Origin: Octopus vulgaris
Taxonomy: Eukaryota
DNA: 64,000 nucleotides
Direction of reading: 5' to 3'
Assembly (NCBI GenBank): GCA_951406725.2
Contig: OX597820.1
Span: 114,824,001-114,888,000 of the forward strand
Made by a program: the position numbers and the translations under genes. Position 1 is the stretch's first letter. Each line of letters opens with the position of its first letter. Under the pieces are notes generated by a model. It was not told the origin of the DNA. It did not search any database and saw nothing but the letters and a program-made list of their open reading frames with translations. Positions 12,901 to 25,699 of this stretch are shown piece after piece.

Positions 12901-14204
12901 TGGCACGTAAAAAGCACCATCCGTTCATGTCCGTTGCCAGCCTCGCCTGGCCCTCGTGCCGGTGGCACATAAAAAGAACCATCCGTTCGTGGCCGTTTGC
13001 TAGCTCTGTCTGGCACCTGTGCGGGTGGCACGTAAAAAGCACCCACTACACTCACGGAGTGTTTGGCATTAGGAAGGGCATCCAGCCGTAGAAATACTGC
13101 CAGATTTGACTGGGCCTGATGAAGCCTTCTGGCTTCACAGACCCCAGTAGAACCGTCCAACACATGCTAGCATGGAAAGCGGATGATGATGATGATGATA
13201 TTAATGGGCTTACTGGGGCAGGTCATTATTTTGAAGGTTTGCATTTATATCGCAGTTCTGTTCCCTATTAGTGTTTGAATATCATTTGTAGCTTATTATA
13301 CTTGATGCATGGCTTTATGTAAGTTTTAAGGTCTCCATCATAGTTTAGCCTGTTCATATTGCAGTGTAATTAGGGATTGAGGAGAATTGTGGTGATGCTG
13401 CTGTAGCATGGTCCCTTGTAGCATTGCTATGTGAATGTCATCTGTGATGATAAAAGTCTAATTTTTAAGCTGTTGGTGTTATGTGTCGGTGTTTAGCTCT
13501 TATGTTTTATTGTTACATGAAGTACAAAGGCTTTTTTGTATCTACTATTTTGTATTTTGTGTGATGTACTCAGATGTTGATATATTGGCTTATTTTGGTG
13601 CTGTTGTACAATTTGTTACAGCTCGGGACTTTAGCCTGGTTTTTCAGGTTGCTTATATTTTTTGTATGTGTGTGAGTTTTCTACTGGGTTGCTTCCAACT
13701 TTTTTTCCGTTGCCTTCATACAGAATCATTGCCTCTAAATTTTTGTTATGCTTGGCGTTCATCTACATGACATCCATTTTAATTCCTTTGTCAACTTTTC
13801 ATTTTTTATTCCAGTAATGACTATCCATCCGTTTTTCTTCTGCCATAATGTCAAGAACTTCACTTCTCAACCTCAGTTTCAGGTCAACCCCACTGTGTAG
13901 CAAGTAGGGTAAATATCTTCTAATATAGCCCAGAGCAACCAAAGACTTATCAGTGAATTTGATAGATGGAAACTGAAAGAAGGTATGTGCATGCGTGCGT
14001 GTGTGTGTGTGTGTGCATGCATGCACATGTCTATGTATTTCCAGGTCTTAACATCACACAATAGTTATAAATGAGTTTGTTCTTTCAGATTGTAAGGTAT
14101 GCTTTGAGAGAGATTAGACTGCTAATTCTGGCAGGTTAAGTGACTGCACAGAAGGTCTCTTGTTGGCTCTAAAGATAATAGTTGGACCACTTGGTATTGT
14201 ATAT

Positions 14205-14301
14205 ATAAAAAAAATAATAATAATAATAACAAAAATAATAATAATAACAACAACAATAATAATAACAATAATAAAAATAATGACAAAAATAATAACAATA
14301 A

Positions 14302-14332
<31 letters not shown>

Positions 14333-14421
14333 AATAACAATAATAATAACAACACTAATAAGAACAATAATAATAACAATAATAATAACTATAAAAATAA
14401 TAATAATAATAATAATAATAA
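14205..14421. repeat. (ATA)n/(ACA) trinucleotide microsatellite
   Basis: Direct observation; source of the spurious poly-I/poly-L ORFs. Confidence 0.95.
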
Positions 14422-14599
14422 TCAATTCTTTTTTATTGGCCACAAGGGCTGACACGCATGATTACATAAAGGGACAAGACAGGACGAAAGGTTACAAAGG
14501 GTTTTGCCGTTTTTTTTTAAAAACATCGAGTAAAAATCTTTATAACAACTTATAAAATTCAACAATGAAAAACTCCCAAAAGGGGAATAAAACACTTAC

Positions 14600-14691
14600 T
14601 TGCTTGTGTATATCTGTTGCCCCAAAGTCTGCTAACGCTCGCCACTGGTCAGGAGAATTATCATTCTCAGAAAAAACCACACTAACATCAT
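14600..14691 (-). CDS. NF-kB IPT exon
   Basis: DDVSVVFSENDNSPDQWRALADFGATDIHKQ resembles p50 [30 protein letters not shown] boundaries; 92 nt. Confidence 0.95.
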
Positions 14692-16225
14692 CTATTAAAA
14701 AAAAAAACATACAAATTATAAACATTCTGTGGAAATTCTCAATAATTTTTTTAAACTCTGAAACTGAGTTCAAAAACTTTATGTAAAGCAAGGCTTCATT
14801 CCATAAACCATTCTAGAGTTAAAAGCATGGTAGTAAAATTAGATATGGATCCTGCACAAAGTAATTCCATATGTGGATGAAGATACCAAACAGATCTTTG
14901 TGCATCATCATCATCATCATCATCATCGTTTAACGTCCGCTTTCCATGCTAGCATGGGTTTGGACGTATGACAGAGGGCTGACAAACCAGATGGCTGCAC
15001 CAGGCTTCAATCTTGATCTGGCAAAGTTCCCTACAGCTGGATGCCCTAGAAACTCTGCCAGATCAAGATTGAAGCCTGGTGCAGCCATCTGGTTTGCCAG
15101 CCTTCAGTCATACGTCCAACCCAGTTCTAAATCAAGCCATGCAGTTCCAGGTCCTTAATCTTAACTGTTACATATGACAGTAAAGGTTTAGGGTACTTGC
15201 TGGAGGTTCATCCATTCATCTGATCAACCTAATAAAGGCAAGTAGAGTTAAGTAACTTACATAAGGTCACGATGCAATGTCTATTCTTAGAAGCATTAAT
15301 CAAGAGACAGGTGCCGCAATTAGTTAAGGGAAGCAAATATCAGAATTTAACATTTTTTCCCTTTGTTTCAGTCATCAGACTGCAGCCATGCTGGAGCACT
15401 CCCTTGAAGAACTTTAGGTTGAATGAATTGACTCCAGTACTTATTGTTTTTTAAAGCTTAGTGGGACTCTTTTTGGCAAACTGCTAAGTTACAGGGAAAT
15501 AAACAAACCAACACTGGTTGTCGAGAGGTGGTGGGGGACAAACATACGCATATATATGCATGATGGGCTTCTTTCAGTTTTCATCTACTAAATCCACACT
15601 CAAGGCTTTGGCTATAGTAGAAGACACTTGCCCAAGGTGCCACACAGTGGGATTGAACCAGGAACTATGTGATTGGGAAGCAAGCTTCTTATCACTGTCA
15701 TGTCTGTGCTTATTTAAGGAATAAACTGGAGAGAATTAATTAGAACCAAATTTGAAGGTGGTGAGCTTGCAGAATCAGTAGCACATTGAACAAAATGCTT
15801 GGTGATATTTCTTTTGGCTCTTTATATTCTAAGGTCAAAATTTTGCCATTCATACTTTCAAGGTCAATAAAAATAAAGTATCGGTCAAGTACTGGGGTCA
15901 ATGTGATTAACAAAACATCCTCTTGCCAAAATACTGATCATGTTCCTAAATCATTAATTATTACTTGCCAAGGTCAACTTTGCTTTCATCCTTTCAGATT
16001 CAAAAAATAAAGTAAAAGCTCAATTCTGGAGTTGATGTAATTGACTGACCCCTTCTAAAAATGCTGGTCATGGAGCAAAATTCGAAACAATTAATTAGAG
16101 CTAAATTACATTATTGGTAATTTTTTTTCTAGAATTCAAGGAAGATTTATTCACACTCTGCTAAGTGTTGTTATTTATTCAGAATAAGAGAACAATGGAG
16201 GATTTTAAAAAAAAAATTTTGTATA

Positions 16226-16657
16226 GGCGCAGGAGTGGCTGTGTGGTAAGTAGCTTGTTTACCATCCACATGGTTCCGGGTTCAGTCCCACTGCGTGGCA
16301 CCTTGGGCAAGTGTCTTCTACTATAGCCTCGGGCTGACCAAAGCCTTGTGAGTGAGTTTGGTAGATGGAAACTGGAAGAAGCCCGTCTTATATATGTATA
16401 TATATATATATGCATGTGTGTGTTTGTGTGTCTGTGTTTGTCCCCCTAGCATTGCTTGACAACCGATGCTGGTGTGTTTACGTCCCCGTCACTTAGCGGT
16501 TCGGCAAAAGAGACCGATAGAATAAGTACTGGGCTTACAAAGAATAAGTCCTGGGGTCGATTTGCTCGACTAAAGGCGGTGCTCCAGCATGGCCACAGTC
16601 AAATGACTGAAACAAGTAAAAGAGAGAGTAAAAAGAGTAAAAGAGTAAAGAGAGTAA
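16226..16657 (+). mobile_element. Young tRNA-derived SINE
   Basis: Box A (TGGCTGTGTGGT) and box B (GGTTCAGTCCC), internal (TA/TG)n, (agtaaaag)n tail; near-identical copy at 58655-59052 and fragments at 2235-2535. Confidence 0.85.
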
Positions 16658-17008
16658 CTAAATTATCTGTTTTCAATTATCTTCAATTCATAAGATACTT
16701 TCTGATTGAGTAAAAGCTCAACTTTTATAGCAAAGAGGTACAGTCAATAGTAACATCCTCAGTGTATTATTGTTACTTATCTTATTCACCCCCACCCCCA
16801 TCTCTATCCTCCAATTGAATAGAAAGCAAAGTTGACTGACTGACTGCAATGGGATATGAACTCAGAATGTGGAAATGTGAAAATAAATACAAACTGGTTT
16901 TAGCTTTGTCCTCTACCTCGTTGACCAGCCCCAACCTATTATAAAAGACTAGAATAATTTTTTATGTTTGTATTGGGAAGAATCAAGCAATAAACTGCCA
17001 GATTTTAA

Positions 17009-17228
17009 CCATTTAGTTGTTAAACCAGCCATATTTGGCCCAAATATTCTACCTGTTTTATGTTCAAACCAACCAGATTTGGCCTCTCACACCTATCCTA
17101 CAATGTCATTCTAAAGATAAACAGTCACACCATTGAAATTTTGAAGCAATAAGTTAATGCATGATTAATTCAAACCAATGTAAGTAAATAAGTATTACAT
17201 TTGATAGAGTAATCTGAATGCTAAAGAG
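17009..17228. mobile_element. TTAA-flanked MITE (piggyBac-like)
   Basis: TTAA|ccatttag ... ctaaagag|TTAA, short imperfect TIRs. Confidence 0.5.
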
Positions 17229-17708
17229 TTAATCTGCCATTATCTCAGCCAGATCTATGAATGTATAAAACATATCAGACACCAAGCAAAGTTAATACAG
17301 ACTTTGTTGGCTTCCAAAAGACCATATGAACAGGCCTAATGATATAAGATTTTATAATCTTGTACAGACTAGTCAGAAACATTATGACATTATTTGTTCC
17401 AATAAGAGAGAGAGAGAGAGAGAGGGGGTAAACAATTTTTAAATGGTCTTAAAATGTCTATCAAGGCTGAAGTTACAACTCATTTTCAAGGGTCCACCAA
17501 CCAAACATAAATTCTTGCAATCAATAAAAGCTGCAAAAAAAAATTTAACAGAAACAATTAACTGCTCGTTAGCTGTTCTTTCTCTTTTGTACTTCTTTCT
17601 AATTTTTATGTTTTTACTTTTAGTTCACCATCTGATGTGAAGGTTAGTATAAATTTTTCTCACTGTGTCATGGCTTGCCAGCTTGATGTGGACATTTAAA
17701 CTGATTAA

Positions 17709-19645
17709 TCTATAATATAAAACCTGTTCTCTGTGTGTGTGTGTGTAAAAGATTATAACGGCCATATTTTTCAACTGATATTCTCCAAACTGGGAACATA
17801 CATTACTCATGTTCCAGGGATGGTTTTAGAATCTTCAAATTTTTTACATAATGAGTAACAGGCCCCTTCGGGGCAGAAAACACCCGGTCCTGGGTTATGT
17901 AGAGAAGGGAGGTAACTCTTTGCAAAGTAACTTTCAGAAATTACATCTATTGGTCACTAAAAAAAAATATTGCTTTTATATTAGATTCAGGTCTTGGAAA
18001 TTCTTTTTAAATATTTACTTCCACTTTTCTAGCTTCAGTGACGTCTATATCTCTTTATCCATCTCTCTCTCTCTATCTCTATATCTATCTGTCTATGTCT
18101 GTCTATATCTTATCTAACTGTATCTTATTTGTATAACTAGCTAGCTCTCTCTCTCTCTCTCCATATTTCACTCACTCTCTATTGTTTCCACTTTTATTTT
18201 TCAGATGCTATTGTTTTCTCTTTAAGTTCAATCACTATTATTTTCATTGTAAGTTTTCAATTGCTATTTACAAACAACAATGACAGAAAGAAGTTTACAA
18301 TTACTGATGAAAGTAATTTCATACATAACTTACTGACAGAAGTAACTTCATAACTTTCACTTGAATCCGTACACTTAGTTAAATTTGCCTACAAATTTCT
18401 TATTTACTTTTTGCACCATATTGCTTCTTTTTTTTTTTTGTTAACAGAATTACTGATAAAACTAAGTTCATAATTTAATGACAGAAGTAACTTCAAAAAT
18501 TTCACTTAAATCCATACATTTAGTTAATTTCCTTAAAATTTTTTATTTACATTAATGGCTTTTTCTTGTTCCTTCAATACTGGCTCTTTGGTTCACTGAT
18601 AGATTTCACTTCAACCCATACAATTCTTTATTTTCCATGGAAATTTCTTACTTTTTGCCCATCGTATTACAAAATATATTTCTGTTACCCAGTTATTTTC
18701 ATTGTTTAGTATCTTCTGCACCCGTGTATTTCTGTATACATATATAACCATGCTTAGAAAGAAAGTGTTAAATTTGTCTACAATAATCAAGGTCAGCCAA
18801 AAGAATGTCTGTGTCCAAGGAAAGAGAGACAGCTGCCGAAAGGAAAGCATGCCAAGAAAAGAACATACAGCACTACAATAGCCAGAGCATCTCAAAGTGA
18901 TGAACAGAGGTATGCACGGCTGATAAAGAATAGGATCTCCACTGCAGAATGAAGAGCAGTTGCAATGGCTCAGAGAAACAACTTCTATGAAGTAGCTTTC
19001 AATTATGATCCAGCAGTTCATTATGCAGATGACACTAGGGTTTCCATTGGTGCAATAACAACTGAGTGCATATATTGTAAAGCAAGGAAGTGGCCTGGAG
19101 AGACACCTGCACTGTGCTGCAGTGGTGGAAAGGTTAAACTCCCTGCAATCACCCAACCTCCAGAGCCATTGAAGAAACTGTTGTCATCAACTGACCAAGA
19201 TTCCAAGCACTTCCAAAACAAAATTAGACAATACAACGCTGCACTACAGATGACATCATTTGGAGCCACAAGAGATTTAACTGAACCAGGATTCAGGCAA
19301 ACTTTCAAGATCCAAGGTCAGATTTATCATCGGATTGGTTCTCTACTACCTCAGTCAAATCGGCCTTTCATTGTTTATAATCTGTACCAGTTTTTTAGTT
19401 ACAAAATAACCTACCCAAAATGTGTTTTTGAATTACATGTATTTAGTTTCTATACATAGATGGGTTGAAAACTTTCTTTTAACATTTCACTTAACGTCTA
19501 TGTTCCATGCTGGCATGGCTTGGAGAGTTATTAATGTAGAAAGTTGGTATCTCAGCTACTAGCAGTTGAGACCTGCGTAATCTAGACAGCGTTTTTAAAT
19601 TTCATTATTCTCTTTAACCTGGGCAACGCCAGGTATTTCTGCTAG
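17709..19645 (+). mobile_element. Helitron, internally deleted, with RepHel N-terminal fragment
   Basis: A|TC 5' end (tctataatataaaa); 3' hairpin cctgggcaacgccagg then CTAG|T; ORF 18965-19459 has CxxCxA..CC.GGKV and YNAALQMTSFG..FKIQGQIYHRIGSLLP motifs typical of Helitron RepHel. Confidence 0.88.
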
Positions 19646-20099
19646 TAAATAAATAAACACAGAATAGGAGTAATAGTTGAAAATGTTTGAGAAGCAATGA
19701 GTTAGACAAAAGCACAAAGGCTAGCATAGTAAGAAGAAAAAACAAGAGTAGCAAGAAAGTAGTAACAGCATCAATAGTATTGAAATAGCAAAATGAAAAT
19801 AATGAATTATTGAATACAGTGCTACACTATAAGTTCATTGTTATCATTTTATTATTTGTCAATTGAGGTTCAAACTGCGAGGTAGTTAAAGCATGTTCTT
19901 TACAATTCATAAGCCAACCAACGCTTTGTGAGTGGCTTTGCTACCCAAAAACTGAAAAAAAAACCATAGTGAATGTGCCTGCACACACACACACATGTAT
20001 GTATACATATATGTATGTATGTATGTATTATTATTATTAATAATAATCCAAATAATAACCAATTTCATCAAAATAGCAATTTTCCTCATCCTCGTATTC

Positions 20100-21192
20100 C
20101 TAAAAGCAAACAGCCAAAGGAAGTAACCAAACTTCCTCGTCATTTTTACGCTACAATAATAAAACAAATTTTTTTAGTAATAATTCTTGCCATGCGTCAA
20201 GTACCCTTAATAAAAATATTTGGTTCATTATTCCATACGGTAAACAAGTAAAAAGTAACCTTCTATTATTTCACCAAGCAACAGAAAGGAACTTCCCTAT
20301 TAATTCTAGATATCACTCAATTTTTAACACACTGCATTAGAGTAGGTTTTTCCAATACCAGTAACATCTCACAAATTATAGCTTCATATAATAACCATGT
20401 TCTAAGAGGTTTTAATCTTTCTTCAAATAATACTAGTAACCTTATTAACACTAACAATAACAGTAATCTCTCCATAAATGGTAACAACAATACAACCAGC
20501 ATTTGCAATAGTGGCCCTGGTAAAATCTGTGTCCTAAATGGAAACTGCAGAATTAAAAATGCTGTTTACCAATGCAAGGTTACTACTGGTAACAAAGAAT
20601 ATTTTTATATTGGATAATCCTCAGCATTTTTGTAATGCTGTTTGACCAACCACTTCTGTAACTTTAAATACAATTGTAAGCGGAACTCTACGGGACTCAG
20701 TAAACTAATCTGGACCTCAAGAACTCTCACAAATCTTTTTCTTTGGAATGGAAAATTCTTTCTAGATCTTTTCCTTATGATAAAGGGAAGTCTTTCTGTC
20801 CTTTATGCATGGAAGAGCAGTATTTTATTTTCTTCTCTTCTCTAAATATAAATTGGAAAACAAATTTATAAAGAGAGTTTACAAATGTATACAGCAGGAA
20901 AAACACTCTTTTAGTTCTTTCAAACAATATCCACCCGTAACCTAATAATATTTCTAGATATAATATTCATGTGTGAATACATATTAGATTGTAGAGTCTG
21001 GAAGAATGGGTAGAATGAATAAAATAGCTTGTTATTTGGTTGCATTCCTTGACCTCATCCAGATCAACTGACTTTCATCTTCCCTAAGCTGGTATCCAGC
21101 TTGGTCACAGTTCATTGACAAACTAATAAAGAATACAACCATTATAAAGATTATAAAAGTCAAATGATTTGTAAGATAATATTGGAAAGACA
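20100..21192 (+). mobile_element. Penelope-like element remnant (GIY-YIG region plus 3' noncoding part)
   Basis: Near 20525 reads CVLNGNCRIKNAVYQCKVTTGNKEYFYIG; the 3' 245 bp are also present at 5081-5325. Confidence 0.65.
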
Positions 21193-22198
21193 GATTGTTT
21201 GATGCCTGTGTGTGAGCAGCTATGCTGCATGGCAGTGAAACATGGGCTATAATAGCTAATGACATGTGTAAGCTTGAGAGAAATGAAGCCAGTATGCTTC
21301 GCTGGATGTGCAATGTCAGTGTGCATGTTCGACAGAGTGTAAGCATCTTGAGAGAAAAGTTAGGCATAAGAGGCATCAGATGTGATGTGCAAGGGAGATG
21401 ACTGCACTGATATGGCCAGGATGAGGACAGCTGTGTAATGGAGTGCCAATCTCTAACTGTAAAGGGAACCCGTGGTAGAAGTAGACTCAGGAAGACATGG
21501 GATGAAGTAGTGAAGCATGATCTTCTAACTCTGAACCTCACAGAGGCAATGACAAGTGACCGAGACTTTTGGTGATGTGCTCTGCTTAAGAGGACCCATC
21601 AAGCCAAGTGCACCCATGCTGATGGCACATGAAAAAATCAACCTTTGAATGTTGGGCTTCATAGAGCACTGGGCCTCATGAAGACATAGTGGCCGAGTTC
21701 CTTTCGAGCATTGGGCCTGATGGAGGCAAAATGGCTGAGTTCCTTTCGAGCATTGGGCCTGATGGAGGCAAAATGGCTGAGTTCCTTTCGAGCATTGGGC
21801 CTGATGGAGGCAAAATGGCTGAGTTCCTTTCGAGCATTGGGCCTGATGGAGGCAAAATGGCTGAGTTTCTTTCAAGTGTTGGGCCTCATGAAGGCAAAGT
21901 GGCCAAGTTCCTTTCAAGTGTTGGGCCTCACAGAGGCAATGACCAAGACCTTTTGGCATTATGTTGTGCTTGAGAAGAAGACCTATCAAGCCAAGCAAAG
22001 TCACAGTCATAGCATATACTGGTATCACGCAAATGGCATGTAAAAGCACTCATTACACGCTCAGAGTGGTTGGCGTTAGGAAGGGCATCCAGCCGTAGAA
22101 AACCATGCCAAATTAGACTAGAGCCTGGCACAGCCTTCCAGCATGCCAGCCCAATCAAACCCGTGCCAGCATGGACAATGGACGTTAAATGATGAGGA
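21192..22198 (+). mobile_element. RTE LINE 3' portion with internal 42-bp tandem expansion
   Basis: AMLHGSETW..RNEASMLRWMC..RGRLRKTW RTE C-terminal motifs, followed by the 3' UTR and (GAT) tail. Confidence 0.85.
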
Positions 22199-22259
22199 TA
22201 AGCAGTTATAACTGTCCAAGATTGTTCTAATTTTAGTCTATCATTACTATACATCTAAC

Positions 22260-22670
22260 AAGCTGACCTGCCAACTTTTTTTTATTCCAGCTTGAAGGAG
22301 ACAGTTGGGACAGCACTTTGAACACACCCTACTAAACACTGCTGGTCACAATTCCATCCTCGTAACCAACTACTTAACAGAAATGGGCATCAAAACTGTC
22401 CCTTGGCCACCCTACAGTCCAGTCAGTGCTTCCTGTAACTTCTGGTTGTTCTCCAAGCTGAAGAAGAACCTCAGGGGAGTCATTTTGAAAACATTGAGAA
22501 GATAAAGGCGGTAACAAATGTCTTGGACACTTTACTTTGGAGGACTTCCATGGGGCCTTACCAAGGGCACTGAAGTTAGAGAGTCCCACTTTGAAGGAGA
22601 TTAGAGTTTGTACTTCTTTTAAATTAATAAATATCTTCTCTGAAAAAGTCTCAAAACTCCTGAAATGCAC
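22260..22670 (+). mobile_element. mariner transposase 3' fragment
   Basis: MGIKTVPWPPYSPVSASCNFWLFSKLKKNLRG resembles the HPPYSPDLAPCDF motif. Confidence 0.7.
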
Positions 22671-23495
22671 CTAATGTGTGTGTGTGTTTATTTATTAGGG
22701 AGAGAGAGGGGTTGACAGTGGTTTTGAAGTTTTGGCTTTCTTACCTTTGTCAGACTGTCAGATGATGGTAAGTCAAAACTTCAAAATTACTATCAACCTT
22801 TTCCTTGTAAAAGTTTAATAAACATGTACTCTAATAAAAGTACTGAGTGATCCCTCAGTTTAACATTAAATTGTTTTTATATATAGTGTGACATAAGAGC
22901 AAACACACATATATGTATGTTTGTATGTATGTAAAGTGTGGGTAGCATCATTCAAAGGCTAAAATGATGCACAATGAATTTTAGTGATTCAGCGTCAATT
23001 AATAAAACTCATTTAAGTCAGAAGACCAGTATCTTAATTAATCAGATGCCATAACTTGCCCATGATGTGATACTCATCATCAGAATCATTTTAATGTCCA
23101 CTCTTCCATGCTTGCGTGGGACAGAAAGAATTCTTTGAGGCAGGATTTCTGTAGCCTGATGCGTTTCCTGTCACCAGCCCTCATGTGGTTCCAAGCAGGG
23201 TAATGCTTCCTATGGCCAGATATACTTTTTATGGAAAACTAGAAACAAAAAAATATCACTAGTATGCCAGTGATGATCATTTATAATCATCACACAATGC
23301 CAAGACAAGGGTATACACAACCACATACGAACATATATATAGATTTATGATGGGCTACTTTGCTTCCGTCAATCAAATCAACTCACAAGTCTTTTGGTTG
23401 TCCTGGGGCTATAACAGAAAACACCTATGCAAGATAGCATGCAGTAGGATTGAACCCAAAACCACAAAGCCATGCTTATAAAGAGAAACACTTAC

Positions 23496-23600
23496 CTCTT
23501 GATATTCTGTCACACAGTAAATAGACTTCTTCATTTCCAGTGCAGTAACCACTATATTTGTCCATCCGAATAATTTTTAAATTAGCTGCACGAAGCGATT
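23496..23600 (-). CDS. NF-kB IPT/dimerisation exon
   Basis: KSLRAANLKIIRMDKYSGYCTGNEEVYLLCDRISR resembles p50 [37 protein letters not shown] boundaries; 105 nt. Confidence 0.95.
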
Positions 23601-23718
23601 CTTAAAGATAAAAGAAGAAAAATACCCTTCTTAATATACAATCAACTATGTGTGTGTGTGTGTGTGTATATATATGATTACACATTTGTCTATGTGTGCA
23701 TAGGCACCTACATATATA

Positions 23719-24992
23719 TCAGGTTGAGTAAAAAGTAAGCAATGTTTTGAACCATGAAGAATTTGTACCAGATATTTGCAGTTCTGAATTTTTTAAAGCA
23801 TTATTTTGCAATTATCTGATAATACAAACATAGACTTGTCCAAATGCATCAATAAATTAACATTGATATTTTTTTCACCATTGCTACAATCACCTGAAAT
23901 GGAACTGTCCAAGCCCGATGTTCAAGTAATTTTGCTATTCAACTTCAAAAAAGATGCAAAGCAGCAGAATCTGTTCACGATATCAACAAAATGTTTGATG
24001 AGGAAATGACCAGTGAGTGGTCAGCTCAAAAATGGTTTAAACAATTTCACATTGGAGTCCTGAGCCTTGAAGATCATAAGCATAGTGGATGTCCATCTTT
24101 CATTGATGACAGTCAATTGAAGACCATCATTCAGAAAGATCTATATAAAACCACACGAGAACTGACAAAAGAACCTCAAGTTGGTCAGAAAAGTGCCATC
24201 AACCATTTGCATGCAATTGGAAAATCAAAAAAGCTCGACAAATGGGTACCACACGATTTGAATGAAAATCAGAAAATGTGCAGATATGAAATTTGCTCAT
24301 CACTGCTTTTCCATAACCAGACCGATCCATTTCTTGACCGTATTGTAACTTGTGATGAAAAGTAGATTCTGTACAATAAATGTTCTTCGCAGTGGTTGGA
24401 CCAAAATGAAGCACCGAAAACCTTCCCTAAACCCGAGCTCTTCAAAAAGAAGGTTATGGTGACTGTTTGGTGGTGTACTGCTGGACTAATCAACTATAAC
24501 TTCTTAAAACCCGGAAAAACCATTACTGCAGAAACATATTGCCATGAAGTTGCAAAAATGAACAAAAAACTGCTACTCTTCCGTCCCAGACTGGTCAACA
24601 GAAGAGGGCCAATCATTCTTCATGGCAATGCTCGACCACACGTTTCACTAATGATGTTCCAGAAGTTGAGAAAACATGGCTACGATGTTCTTCCCCATCC
24701 AGCTTATTTCCCAGACCTTTCTCCTACTGACTACCACTTTTTCAAGCACCTTCTTGTTTTCCAGCAAGAGAAGGAGTTCTGAAATCAACCAATGCTGAAA
24801 GTACATTAAAGAGTTCATCAACTCCAGAACTCCAGATTTTTACGTTACTGGAATAAACAAACTTGTAACTCATTGGCAAAAATGTGCTGATTGTAATAGT
24901 ACTTACTTTGATGAATAAAATTTCTACATTGTTGAAATATATTGTGATGAATTACATGTCTCAAAATGTTGCTTACTTTTTACTCAGCATGA
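23719..24992 (+). mobile_element. Full-length degenerate mariner transposon
   Basis: 32 bp TIRs (tcaggttgagtaaaaagtaagcaatgttttga and reverse complement) flanked by TA; WVPHDL, IVTCDEK, HGNARPH and YFPDLSPTDYHFF motifs interrupted by stops and frameshifts. Confidence 0.93.
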
Positions 24993-25699
24993 TATATATA
25001 TATATATTGGAGCAAATATGAAAATCACATATGGTTTTGCATCCATGAAGCACTTAGCTTTATAGATGAATCGTCAAACCACAATGGCTGCAGGCATATA
25101 GCCTCTTCAAACTGGAGGTAGAAAACCATCATGGTCAGTTAATTTGTAAACAAAAGAATATTCTGTATTGTCTGAGCCTTAACAGGACCCTTAGCCTTAA
25201 ACAGGGTGGATTATCGCCCTAGGATCCTTAAAAACTTGCTTGACCAGGGGATGCTCTTAAACTCCAGAGATGAGATCTATAGTCCCTGATCACATTTTAG
25301 ACACTACCTGCTGCATGAGTGGGATTGCCTGTTCATCAAATATTTGCAGACCAGAACCAGTCTAAGGGCAGAGATTCCCCATACAACAATTAGGACCATA
25401 AGATTTTACTGACCAGACTAATCTGAGGGCGATCATCCATTCTATTTAAGGTTCAGACAGCATGGAATATTCTTTTGTTCACAAACAATTACTGACCAAG
25501 ACAGTTTCCTACCACCAGTTTGGAGAGAGGCTGTATGCTCGCAACCATTCAAGTCTGATGAGTCCCCTATAAAGCTAAACACTTTATGGATACAAAACCA
25601 TTATTCACTCTATGACCAACATATATTTAGCTTCATGTAAATACATTACTGCTCTAACTTTTAGAGTGTGCTTCTTTTTCAGATATATGATCCACTGAC

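Noticed and set aside
12827-13045. CRISPR-like array of palindromic repeats with spacers
   Set aside because: Spacers are homologous to each other, the array is part of a dispersed eukaryotic retroelement tail, and no cas genes are present.
9900-13780. Scattered minus-strand Penelope-like fragments between other repeats
   Set aside because: Only faint motif resemblance; cannot be supported without alignment.
14114-14555. Poly-Ile/Leu membrane-like ORFs
   Set aside because: Translations of (ATA)n microsatellite.
20288-20297. kB consensus site GGGAAGTTCC (minus strand), possible autoregulation
   Set aside because: Single match inside a TE remnant, far from any promoter; plausible by chance.
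21060-21120. Hammerhead in the 20948-21192 Penelope tail
   Set aside because: A hairpin is present but there is no CUGANGA/GAAA core on the element sense strand.
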